A program made the translations under genes and the position numbers. Positions 18,270-27,271 of a stretch of DNA of 33,227 nucleotides are shown piece by piece (the stretch's first letter is position 1; every line of letters starts with the position of its first letter). Source of the DNA: Candidatus Zixiibacteriota bacterium. Lineage in GTDB: Bacteria > Zixibacteria > MSB-5A5 > GN15 > PGXB01. The notes beneath the pieces are model-generated. The model ran no database searches, had not been told where the DNA came from, and saw only the letters and a list, made by a program, of their open reading frames with translations. The stretch is from the NCBI GenBank assembly GCA_003641425.1, contig QNAH01000001.1:1-33227 (forward strand). The letters run 5' to 3'.

Positions 18270-19577
18270 ATGGAAGAGAAAAATTTGATAACCGATAGAT
18301 CACGGGAGCTTCTGGAAAAATCGATCAAAGTTATCCCCGGCGGTGTCAATTCGCCGGTCAGGGCATTCAAGTCCGTGGGCGGTTCGCCGCGTTTTATAGA
18401 AAGAGGTGAAGGCGCCTATCTTTTTGATGTCGATGGAAACCGCTATCTTGATTTCTGCTGTTCATGGGGTCCGCTAATCCTGGGGCATGCCGATCCGGAT
18501 GTTGTCGAGGCCGTTAAAAGTCAGGCTGAGAACGGCATGACATTTGGAGCCACAACCGAACTGGAATTTCGACTTGCCGATTTTATTGTCAGCCATGTCG
18601 AACCGATCGAAAAAATCCGCTTTGTTTCATCCGGGACCGAGGCGGTTATGTCGGCCATTCGGACCGCCCGCGGTTTTACCGGACGCGATCTGATTCTCAA
18701 GTTCGACGGCTGCTATCACGGGCATTCTGATTATCTTCTGGTCAAGGCTGGGTCGGGTCTGGTTACTTTTGGTCAGCCGTCGTCAGCCGGCGTTCCGGAA
18801 AGCATCACCAGCCAGACAGCGGTGTTACCTCTTGATGATGAAGAGGCGCTCGAAGATTTCTTCCGGGAGCATGGCGACAATCTGGCCGCCGCCATTATCG
18901 AAGGCATTCCGGCCAATAACGGGCTTCTGGTACAGCGCCATGATTTTATGCGCTTGCTGAGGGCGCTTACCGAAAAACATGGGGTACTGCTGATTCTCGA
19001 CGAGGTTATCACCGGCTTTCGCCTTGGGCTCGAAGGCGCTGCGGCGTATTACGGCATTCATCCCGACCTGCTTACTTATGGCAAAATTATCGGCGGCGGT
19101 ATGCCGGTTGGTGCCTTCGGCGGACGAGCCGAGGTTATGGATAAGTTATCACCACTTGGCCCTGTTTATCAGGCCGGAACATTATCGGGTAATCCTCTGG
19201 CAATGGCCGCCGGATTGGCAACTCTTGCGAAGCTGGCCGACGGCCGCCTTTATTACGAACTGGAAAATAAAAACCGTCTGTTTGTTCGCGAAATCACGGA
19301 GCATCTTCGCGAGTATACGGTCAATGTTGCCGGGGTGGCCTCGATTTTCTGGATCATCTTCCAGAAAGAACTTCCGCGTCGGGCCGATTGTATTGACCCC
19401 GACGGTATCTCGCATTATAACAGGATGCATGAAAAGGTTCTCAACAGCGGGATATATATTCCCCCGTCTGGTTATGAGGTCTGTTTTATATCATCGGCAC
19501 ATTCGGAGGATATGCTTAAAGAAGCCGCGGCAACTCTGGTCGACGCCATCAAGCGGGAGGCACACCGGTGGGCCTGA
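18270..19577 (+). CDS. hemL: Glutamate-1-semialdehyde 2,1-aminomutase
   Basis: 'IPGGVNSPVRAF', 'SGTEAVMSAIRTARGFTGR', 'LILDEVITGFR' and the PLP-Lys region 'TYGKIIGGGMPVGAFGG'. Confidence 0.95.
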   Translation: MEEKNLITDRSRELLEKSIKVIPGGVNSPVRAFKSVGGSPRFIERGEGAYLFDVDGNRYLDFCCSWGPLILGHADPDVVEAVKSQAENGMTFGATTELEFRLADFIVSHVEPIEKIRFVSSGTEAVMSAIRTARGFTGRDLILKFDGCYHGHSDYLLVKAGSGLVTFGQPSSAGVPESITSQTAVLPLDDEEALEDFFREHGDNLAAAIIEGIPANNGLLVQRHDFMRLLRALTEKHGVLLILDEVITGFRLGLEGAAAYYGIHPDLLTYGKIIGGGMPVGAFGGRAEVMDKLSPLGPVYQAGTLSGNPLAMAAGLATLAKLADGRLYYELENKNRLFVREITEHLREYTVNVAGVASIFWIIFQKELPRRADCIDPDGISHYNRMHEKVLNSGIYIPPSGYEVCFISSAHSEDMLKEAAATLVDAIKREAHRWA

Positions 19578-20593
19578 AGGACAGCAACTTTATAAAGGCA
19601 TGCTACGGCCGCAACGATGGACCGGTGCCGATCTGGATTATGCGCCAGGCGGGACGATACTTGCCGGAATACCAGGCGGTCCGCGAAAAGGTCACATTTC
19701 TCGAACTGTGCCGAACCCCAGATCTTATCGCCGAAGTGGTCAAACAACCGATCGACAGGTTTGACCTGGATGCCGCTATACTCTTTTCCGACATTCTTAC
19801 AATCCTTGAGCCGATGGGTGTGAAGGTGGGATTTCCCGAGGGCGGTCCGGAGATAGAGGCCCCGATAACCGGGCCGGATGATATCAATCGGCTGATCGAT
19901 TTCGATATTGAGGCTGAGATGCCGTACGTGATGAATGGCGTAAAAAAAATCAAAGAGATCCTGCCGGATAAACCCCTTATCGGTTTTGCCGGTTCTCCGT
20001 TTACAGTCGCCTGTTATCTGATACAGGGCAAGGGATCGAAAAATTTTGATTTTGCCAAAAAATTTATTCATAAATACCCCTCGGCGGCCCGTCGCCTGAT
20101 TGATTTCCTCTCGGTGATTACCGCGCGATACCTAAAGGCGCAGGTCGATGCCGGAGCTGACGCCGTTCAACTATTCGAAAGCTGGGGCGGTATTCTTTCC
20201 CGCGAGGATTTCAAGACGATGTCGATCGATGCTTCGAATAAAATATTCGGGACTCTTGCATCAGCCGAAGCGCCGCGAATACTTTTCGTGAACAACATCG
20301 CCCCTTACCTTGATATGATAAAAGACGTGGATTGCGAGGCGGTCGGTATCGATTACCGTACCAGCCTTGCCGATGCCGCCAGATCCCTGCCTGGTAAAGC
20401 GGTGCAGGGGAATCTTGATCCGGCGGTACTATTTGGCTCGGTCGAGCATGTGCGGGAAAAAACATCACGGCTCCTTGACAGTATCGATGATCTCTCCCGC
20501 CTGATTTTTAATCTCGGCCACGGCATTATGGTCGAAACACCGATTGAATCGGTTTATGCCATGGTGGAAGAGGTTCACAATTACAGGAGATGA
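19568..20593 (+). CDS. hemE: Uroporphyrinogen decarboxylase
   Basis: 'PIWIMRQAGRYLPEY' signature. The GTG start overlaps the hemL 3' end by 10 nt. Confidence 0.92.
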   Translation: MGLKDSNFIKACYGRNDGPVPIWIMRQAGRYLPEYQAVREKVTFLELCRTPDLIAEVVKQPIDRFDLDAAILFSDILTILEPMGVKVGFPEGGPEIEAPITGPDDINRLIDFDIEAEMPYVMNGVKKIKEILPDKPLIGFAGSPFTVACYLIQGKGSKNFDFAKKFIHKYPSAARRLIDFLSVITARYLKAQVDAGADAVQLFESWGGILSREDFKTMSIDASNKIFGTLASAEAPRILFVNNIAPYLDMIKDVDCEAVGIDYRTSLADAARSLPGKAVQGNLDPAVLFGSVEHVREKTSRLLDSIDDLSRLIFNLGHGIMVETPIESVYAMVEEVHNYRR

Positions 20594-21993
20594 ACATGAC
20601 GTCCGGAAATGGAATAACATCGGTTCCGGTCGAACTGCTCAGAAAGTATGATCGTCCCGGACCAAGGTACACCAGCTATCCCACAGCGCCGGTCTGGTCC
20701 GAAAAAACCGGGCCTCGTGACTATGCCAACGCATTGAAATCCGCCTCGTTACACGCCGGCCGATCGTTGGCCGCGTATGTGCATATCCCTTTCTGCCGTA
20801 AGAGGTGCTACTATTGCGGCTGTAACACCTATATCACCAGGAGCGGCAAGCGTGTCGAAAATTATGTCGGAACTCTTATTGAAGAAATGGAGCAAACAGC
20901 CGGGCACCTGGGCGGGCGCAAAAAAATAAGTCAGCTTCATTTCGGCGGCGGTACACCGACCTTTCTGAATATAATGCAATTTGATTCAATCCTGAAAGAT
21001 TTCGGGAGATATTTTGAATTTACGCCGGACTGCGAAAAGTCACTTGAGATAGATCCCCGCGTGACCACATCAGAGCAGCTTGAATTCCTGGCCTCTCGTG
21101 GTTTTAATCGTATCTCGATCGGGGTGCAAGACACCGACGCATTGGTACAGAAGGCTATCGGTCGGATTCAATCCTATGAACTTGTCAGCCGGGTCGTGGA
21201 ATCCTGCCGTAAACTTGGCTTCAAAGGCGTCAATATCGACCTGATATACGGCCTGCCACGCCAATCCGAACTTCGATTCCATGAATCACTTGCGAAGGCA
21301 ATCGCACTGAAGCCGGACCGGGTGGCCCTGTACAACTTCGCCTATCTGCCCGGGATAAAGACACATCAAAGCAGAATTGATCCCGATGATCTGCCTCCGG
21401 CGGAGATAAAATACCGGCTTTTTGCCGAGGCGGTCAGGATGTTCACCGGCGCGGGGTATCGGCAGATTGGTATGGATCATTTTGCATTGCCTGATGACGA
21501 ACTTTCCGTGGCCCAGAACGATGGCCGGCTCTACCGCAATTTTATGGGTTACACGGTGCAATCATCGCCCGATATGATCGGCCTGGGCATGTCGTCGATA
21601 GGGTATATCAACAGTTCTTTCTTTCAGAATCAATCCGGGCTGGAGGCTTACATGAACGCTGTCAGCGACACGGGCCTGGCCACCTACCGCGGGATGAAAC
21701 TGTCTGATGATGATCTGGTTCGGCAGACAGTGATTATGTCACTGATGTGCAACTTTCGGCTTGACTTTTACGATATCAGGAAACAGTTAGGAATCGATTA
21801 TCTCACGTATTTTTATGATGAGCACCAGCGTCTGGCCGAGTTCTTTGCCGATGGCCTTCTTGTCATGCGTAATGGCGGAATCGAGGTTACTCCCGTAGGA
21901 CGGACGTTTATCCGGAATATCGCCATGACGTTCGATAGTTATTTAAGCAAAGACCCGCCCGGTAGCAAGCCGACATTCTCAAGAACAATTTAA
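20590..21993 (+). CDS. hemN: Oxygen-independent coproporphyrinogen-III oxidase-like radical SAM enzyme
   Basis: 'YVHIPFCRKRCYYCGC' CxxxCxxC radical-SAM cluster motif, 'HFGGGTPT', 'RISIGVQD', and the HemN C-terminal region. ATGA overlap with hemE. Confidence 0.9.
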   Translation: MNMTSGNGITSVPVELLRKYDRPGPRYTSYPTAPVWSEKTGPRDYANALKSASLHAGRSLAAYVHIPFCRKRCYYCGCNTYITRSGKRVENYVGTLIEEMEQTAGHLGGRKKISQLHFGGGTPTFLNIMQFDSILKDFGRYFEFTPDCEKSLEIDPRVTTSEQLEFLASRGFNRISIGVQDTDALVQKAIGRIQSYELVSRVVESCRKLGFKGVNIDLIYGLPRQSELRFHESLAKAIALKPDRVALYNFAYLPGIKTHQSRIDPDDLPPAEIKYRLFAEAVRMFTGAGYRQIGMDHFALPDDELSVAQNDGRLYRNFMGYTVQSSPDMIGLGMSSIGYINSSFFQNQSGLEAYMNAVSDTGLATYRGMKLSDDDLVRQTVIMSLMCNFRLDFYDIRKQLGIDYLTYFYDEHQRLAEFFADGLLVMRNGGIEVTPVGRTFIRNIAMTFDSYLSKDPPGSKPTFSRTI

Positions 21994-22014
21994 GATCATT
22001 ACAGTACGATCATA

Positions 22015-22713
22015 CTATCCATCGGGAGTGAATTTATATCCGGCGCCCCGTATGGTGTGAATATACTTCGGATTGGATTGATCCGTCTCAAAGACTTTTC
22101 TCAGCCTGACAATAAAATTATCGACCGTCCTGCTGGAGGGATAGACATTGTATCCCCAGACGGCATTGAGTAGCATGTCACGGGTGACAACCTCGTTGGC
22201 ATGCTCGGCCAGAAACTTCATTATCATCACTTCCTTCTGGGAAAGCTCCATCTCTCCGGAGATTCCAAGAGCACGATAGGTATTGAAGTCTATCCAATAT
22301 TTTCCAAATCGATAGCGATCGTCCTCCAGGGTGTTGGTGCTGTACCATACCTGTCTTCGGAAAATAGCCGCCACCCGAAGCATGAGTTCCTTAAGGTTAA
22401 ACGGTTTGGTCATGTAATCATCACCGCCGGCCAGAAGACCGGCGATACGATCATCTTCGCGGTCACGAGCGGAAAGAAACAGGATCGGGATCCGTCCGGC
22501 TTCCTTCCGGATCCTCCTGCACACATCAAGTCCGTCCTTTCCGGGAAGCATGATGTCGAGAATAATAAGGTCGAAATCGCCCTGGCGCCAGTACTCAAGG
22601 GCCGCCTGGCCGTCGCCCGCAACAACCGTATCGTAACCTTCAGCATCCAGGTTCAACTGGATCCCGTCGGCGATATGCTCTTCGTCCTCGACTATCAGGA
22701 TTTTTTTCCTCAT
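22015..22713 (-). CDS. OmpR/PhoB-family response regulator
   Basis: Receiver domain motifs (ILIVEDE...DLIILDIMLPGKDG...MTKPF). Winged-helix output domain (...TIRGAGYKF). Confidence 0.92.
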   Translation of the reverse strand: MRKKILIVEDEEHIADGIQLNLDAEGYDTVVAGDGQAALEYWRQGDFDLIILDIMLPGKDGLDVCRRIRKEAGRIPILFLSARDREDDRIAGLLAGGDDYMTKPFNLKELMLRVAAIFRRQVWYSTNTLEDDRYRFGKYWIDFNTYRALGISGEMELSQKEVMIMKFLAEHANEVVTRDMLLNAVWGYNVYPSSRTVDNFIVRLRKVFETDQSNPKYIHTIRGAGYKFTPDG

Positions 22714-24045
22714 CTACGAAACCAGGGGAAGCGTTATTGTAAATACCGAGCCGCGGCCGATACCCTCGGACTCGACCTTTATCCGGCCGCCACGATTTTC
22801 GACGGTCTGCCGGGCAAGATACAGGCCCAGGCCGGTCCCCTTGACTGTCCGCGTGGACTCGTTGTCGATCCGGTAAAAACGATCGAATATATTTCCCTGC
22901 TCCTCTTTAGGAATTCCGACCCCATTGTCGGCGATGGAAATTCTTGCCGACCCCGAGTCTTTTGAAAGACTCACAGTGACAACGCGGTCATTCGGATCGG
23001 AATATTTAAGTGCGTTTTCAACAATCATCCGAATCGCTCTTTCCAGCGCCTGATAATCGGTTCTGACATTGACATTGGGCTCGATCCGCGTCTCGATTCT
23101 TCCTCCCAGTCCTCTGATCAGGGGTTCGAAATTACTCAAGTATTCATTCAGATCAACGGCCAGGTCGGTCGGTGTCAGGTTAAGCTTGTAATCGTTTCTG
23201 GAAGAATGTCCCGCATCGAGAACATTATCCACCATGCCGTCAAGTCGGTAACAGTCATCAAGCATCTTGGCGTAGAGCTCCTGTTTTTTATTTTCATCTA
23301 TTTTTCCGGCCTGAAGCGTCTGAATGTACAATCGTAGCGATGTCAGCGGCGTTCGAAACTCATGAGTGACGGCGTGGATAAAATTCTGCTGGCGGAATTT
23401 AAGCCCCTCCGACCGCTGCAAGGTGCGGTAAATCAAAAAGGCCCCGAATAGAATGATGATGACAAAAAAACTGCCTTCCGATGCAAACATCTTTATCCGG
23501 CCGGCAATTTCCCGCTCCATTTCTTCCCTAACTGCCGGAGATATTGAAAACATCTCGGGGCTAATCCAGTTCATCCCCTCGCCACCGTGATGGCCGGTGG
23601 GATCAAAGACTACGGTTCCTTCCAGGCTCGCAAGCGATTTCTCAGGATAATGAGGGTCGAAGTAAACGGTCCCGCCGGCGATATCCGCATAAAAGGTCGA
23701 GTCGATGCGGCCCAGGACGACCGGTTTACCATCGCCGTCTTCATTCGTCGCAAAGCCTATTATTGCGCTGTCGCTTAGAAGACCATCGAAAAAATCCCCG
23801 GTGTTTTCTGTAACATTCATTGCATATGACAGCATGCCAAGTTTCTGTTGAAAGCAGCGGTTTACGGCCAGCACTGTGATCTCGATCCGTTGATTTAGAA
23901 GCTCGGCCTTGTGGCGGCTGAGTTGTTTGCTTAAATCTATCTGATATATTATCCACCAGGACAATTGCGCCAGGCAGAAGACCACCAGGATCAAAAAGAT
24001 GACCAATGCAAACCGGGTCGGCTTAAGCCCTTTTTTAAACTTCAT
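22714..24045 (-). CDS. Sensor histidine kinase (two TM helices flanking a periplasmic sensor region of roughly 150 aa)
   Basis: HisKA H-box 'HEFRTPLTSL'. HATPase N/G boxes (VENALKYS, DNGVGI, GTGLGLYL). Its stop abuts the start of the response-regulator gene. Confidence 0.92.
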   Translation of the reverse strand: MKFKKGLKPTRFALVIFLILVVFCLAQLSWWIIYQIDLSKQLSRHKAELLNQRIEITVLAVNRCFQQKLGMLSYAMNVTENTGDFFDGLLSDSAIIGFATNEDGDGKPVVLGRIDSTFYADIAGGTVYFDPHYPEKSLASLEGTVVFDPTGHHGGEGMNWISPEMFSISPAVREEMEREIAGRIKMFASEGSFFVIIILFGAFLIYRTLQRSEGLKFRQQNFIHAVTHEFRTPLTSLRLYIQTLQAGKIDENKKQELYAKMLDDCYRLDGMVDNVLDAGHSSRNDYKLNLTPTDLAVDLNEYLSNFEPLIRGLGGRIETRIEPNVNVRTDYQALERAIRMIVENALKYSDPNDRVVTVSLSKDSGSARISIADNGVGIPKEEQGNIFDRFYRIDNESTRTVKGTGLGLYLARQTVENRGGRIKVESEGIGRGSVFTITLPLVS

Positions 24046-24614
24046 AAAAAAATACGTTGCAGTTTATGTTTTACTCGATTCCGCCCTTTACGGTATCTTA
24101 CGTCGCAAATCTGTAAAATAATGTAATTATATCTGCTTGCGATTGTCAATTCGGGGAATATTCGAAAAAACCGGATTAAAAGGAAGTAAAAACTTCTGTA
24201 CTGTCCGGTGAAGATTTTATTTCGATCAAAACACTATCCGATAATTTGCCACCTCCCTCCACTTCGGGAGCCTCCTGCGCACCCCGAAAATGAAAAAATG
24301 GCCCGTACAAATAAAGTCCGGAATATTGACTTAAGTAAAATCATAGCGTGAGTGACCCTATAAAAAAGATAATAAAAGTTGTGTTTTAGTCATGGGCGGC
24401 ATTTTAATAGTTCTGATATTCCAAAATATTTCCGCGGCCATACATTTTGTCCTACCTTTAAGATAATCATGAGTATAATTTAGTAGTGGACAAAATAGGG
24501 ATTACTTTGTATGATAATGGAAAATCAAACTTAGTTTGAAGCGAAGTGTAATGTCCTCAACGATTTAACCAGCCTGTGCAAAGGGCTTAAACCTGTGAGG
24601 AGGTTTTTGATACC

Positions 24615-25265
24615 ATGAAACGTTTGTTAATTGTTCTGCTGGCCATGCTGATTTGTATTCCCAGCGTCTATGCCCGCAAAAAATCGAAAAAATCAGGTGT
24701 TATTAAAGACAATATTTACACCGACGCCGAGTATAATTTTACCATCAAAATTCTGGAAAACTGGGAAGCGAAACTTCAAAAACCCAAAAAGATGATTCGC
24801 CTTGCCCTGACTCAGCGGGATCACGAGATTCCGCCTGAACTGATGCAATTCCCGAGTATGGCTATGGTGCCGACTCTTAATATCCATATCGGTAAAGTGG
24901 ATATGCCGCCGGCGGTATATGTCGATTCACTGGTGAGCTTAACTTATTCTTCAGACGTCAAAAAGGAAGTGATGAAGGACCTCATGGCTCTGGAGGAAAA
25001 TGTCACTTTCGACGGGTTAAAAACTACACAAAAAGACCGGATCAAGATCGACGAAAAAGAGGCCTGCCAATGGCAGGGTTCCGTCAACTATACCAAAAAA
25101 TTGGGGATGGGCGATACCATTCCGAGGGTGTACAGTGTTGGAATAGTTGCGTTAAAAAAGGGTGATCTGATGATGACCTGTTTGATCGAGACTGAAAGCA
25201 TGTTTTTCACAGATATTTTCAAAGAGGTCCTCGAGATGGTCCATACTATCGAATGGCCGGATTAA
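24615..25265 (+). CDS. Secreted hypothetical protein
   Basis: Strong SD GAGGAGG. Signal peptide MKRLLIVLLAMLICIPSVYA. I recognise no motif. Confidence 0.7.
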   Translation: MKRLLIVLLAMLICIPSVYARKKSKKSGVIKDNIYTDAEYNFTIKILENWEAKLQKPKKMIRLALTQRDHEIPPELMQFPSMAMVPTLNIHIGKVDMPPAVYVDSLVSLTYSSDVKKEVMKDLMALEENVTFDGLKTTQKDRIKIDEKEACQWQGSVNYTKKLGMGDTIPRVYSVGIVALKKGDLMMTCLIETESMFFTDIFKEVLEMVHTIEWPD

Positions 25266-25290
25266 TAATCAGAAAATATATTCAATTTTG

Positions 25291-25323
25291 AAAAGGCAGG
25301 GTTATAAATCCTGCCTTTTTTTA
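25291..25323 (+). terminator. Rho-independent terminator
   Basis: AAAAGGCAGG-gttataaat-CCTGCCTTTTTTT. Confidence 0.85.
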
Positions 25324-25434
25324 TATTCAAAGAATATTGATCTTCTATCCGTATCTTAAGTGATGCCCGATCGTAAACAATTTTAGTCCACTATTTCTTC
25401 CTTTCCGGTCCGCAGTATACAAGGGGGTTGCTTC

Positions 25435-26706
25435 ATGAGTATTTCAACCAGAACATTGTTTCTGTTGGTCTTTTTTGCTTTGTCAAATGCGGCCGTCGCC
25501 GGCATCGATGAAGACAGCATCTTCTATAAGATTGTCCGCCCCGCCTATCCCATGACCTGGCTGGAGGCGCGTGATTCGGCCGCGGCGCTGGACGGATACC
25601 TGGCTGTGATAAGCGATCAAGCCGAACAGAAGACAATTACCGCTTTGCTGAACGGTACCGAAACAGCATGGATTGGCGGCAGCGATGTTGTTGTCGAGGG
25701 ACGCTGGCGATGGTCGAACGGCGAGACATGGATTTTCGACAATTGGATACCGGGACAGCCCGATACCGCGGCCGGAATGGATTACGCCGTCATGGATCCG
25801 GGGGGCATTTATAGCTGGCGGGCCGCTTCCGGGACCGCCGATGCTTTCGTGGTCGAGTGGGATTGCTGCCGTTCCGGATTTACCGGGAATGTCAACTGCG
25901 ATTCGCAGGGCGCCATAAATATCCTCGATATCTCCTATCTGATCAATTACCTGTATAATTCGGGACCATCGCCCTGTTGCCGTGATCTGGCAAATGTCGA
26001 TGGTGATTCCGATAATAATGTAAATCTGCTGGATGTACTAAGGATTATCAATTTTCTTTATATCAGCCATGAACCTCCATCCGAATGCGGACCGGGTGTC
26101 ATTGAGCCGTTCGATACCACAATCATTGTCGATCGTCTGGGAAAAGAATGGGATGTATCATATGGGGTACATTTCTACGGCATGGATCCGGCCAATTTCA
26201 ATTTTGGTCTGGGCGCCGGCTTTTTCCCGCCGTTTGTAAATCCCGAGTTCCTCTCGCCGGGGGATTCCGGCTACCCCGTGCCTGATGATCCCATGGGAAT
26301 ACTGGCGACGACTATCAATGGAGAAAGCCGTGCCTATAAGCTTGACGCCCTGATCGGGCACGAAGTGGTCAATGATCGATTCGACAACATCTATGTCGCT
26401 CCCGCTTACTGACCGCTTAAAAACCTGGCTGTCGTGTACAGCCGAGAGATCAATGGCGAAATATTGACCCTTGCGGCCAGCGGATGGACCTATAATTTCT
26501 CCTTTGTCCTTTATGATCATGAAACCGAGACAATGTGGCTTCCGGTAAATGTCGGCGACGGCGGCCCCAACAGTTGCGGTTGTGTAATGTGGGGCTTTGC
26601 CGGACCGTTTGCCGGACGGTTTCTTCATGCCTACCCCTCGAGCAATACCAACTGGAATATCTGGTGGCCGGAACACCCCGACACCAAGATTATGAAAACG
26701 GAATAA
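25435..26706 (+). CDS. Secreted C-type-lectin / dockerin-like / DUF3179 fusion protein containing one in-frame TGA (26410-26412), either candidate selenocysteine or a nonsense mutation
   Basis: SD AAGGGGG plus a signal peptide. C-type lectin-like region (WLEARDSAAALDGYLAVISD...WIGGSD..VEGRWRWSNGETW). Dockerin-like duplicated EF-hand (GNVNCDSQGAINILDISYLINYLY / ANVDGDSDNNVNLLDVLRIINFLY). The ORF-track pieces 25435..26412 and 26434..26706 are in the same frame. Joined, they form one DUF3179-like domain: ...INGESRAYKLDALIGHEVVNDRFDNIYVAPAY[TGA]PLKNLAVVYSREINGEILTLAASGW...VLYDHETETMW...WWPEHPDTKIM. Confidence 0.6.
26426..26444 (+). promoter_or_regulatory. SECIS-like hairpin downstream of the DUF3179 TGA
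   Basis: uGGCUGU-CGUGU-ACAGCCg is a 6-bp stem plus a closing U.G pair. The apical-loop GU lies 24-25 nt from the U of UGA, nearly the same spacing as in the SelW-like gene. Confidence 0.4.
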
Positions 26707-26830
26707 GCCAATTTTATATCCGGGGCCGGACAATACAACATATTCGGTCTCGATATTATTCTTGAATTCTGCAAAAATATTCGATCTATTTATCGTAATT
26801 ATGTTTATTGAAATCCAAAAAGAGGTTTTT

Positions 26831-27064
26831 ATGAAAATTAGTATAAAATACTGTGTTGAATGAAATTACCTGCCCCGTGCCGTCGGTCTGGCGGATGCTG
26901 TCAAAAAAAGATTTGGATTGGAATCCCGATTAATAAAAGGGGGCGGGGGCGTTTTTGAGGTCGCCTTCGATAACAAAGTCTTTTACAGCAAAAAGGACAA
27001 TCGTGGCCGTTTCCCGACCCATGAAGAGATATTCGAATTAATCGAAAAATATCAAAACACGTAA
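26831..27064 (+). CDS. SelW-like / Rdx-family selenoprotein (CxxU), 77 aa with in-frame TGA at 26861-26863
   Basis: SD AGAGG lies 5 nt upstream of the ATG. The translation is MKISIKYCVE[U]NYLPRAVGLADAVKKRFGLESRLIKGGGGVFEVAFDNKVFYSKKDNRGRFPTHEEIFELIEKYQNT. It follows the Rdx pattern (I.YC..C/U....RA...A..L...FG....LI.G.GG.FEV......++SK...GRFP...E+). It is absent from the ORF track because of the TGA. Confidence 0.85.
26876..26897 (+). promoter_or_regulatory. SECIS-like hairpin of the SelW-like gene
   Basis: The core is CCGUC-GGUCU-GGCGG (26880-26894). A lower extension with a bulged G is possible. The GGUCU apical loop resembles the E. coli fdhF SECIS loop. The first loop G is 24 nt from the U of UGA. 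Confidence 0.6.
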
Positions 27065-27271
27065 TTCGCTTAAGCATCTGTAGAATATTGGAAATTATTA
27101 ATAATACAAATGATGACAATATGTGTGCCTGCAAGCGCAGGATTAACAAAAATATGCCGGAAGAAATCAGAAATCCTCGAAATTCCACCAGCGAAAAGAC
27201 TGAGATTTTACCGCTTTTAAGCACATCTTCGTGCCGATGTGCCTGATTGCCGGCAATAACAATGGGTAGCA

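Noticed and set aside
19024-19764. 246-aa + strand ORF overlapping hemL/hemE in another frame
   Set aside because: It is Arg/Pro/Ser-rich and low-complexity. It is fully embedded in two genes that have unambiguous enzyme motifs, so it is a frame-shadow ORF.
22201-22965. 254-aa + strand ORF antisense to the response regulator and kinase
   Set aside because: It is antisense to two strongly supported genes and spans their junction. It has no recognisable motifs.
26158-26733. 191-aa minus-strand ORF across the DUF3179 region
   Set aside because: It is antisense to the DUF3179-like coding sequence, has no SD and no domain-like features. The + strand reading gives a coherent family-like sequence across the same span.
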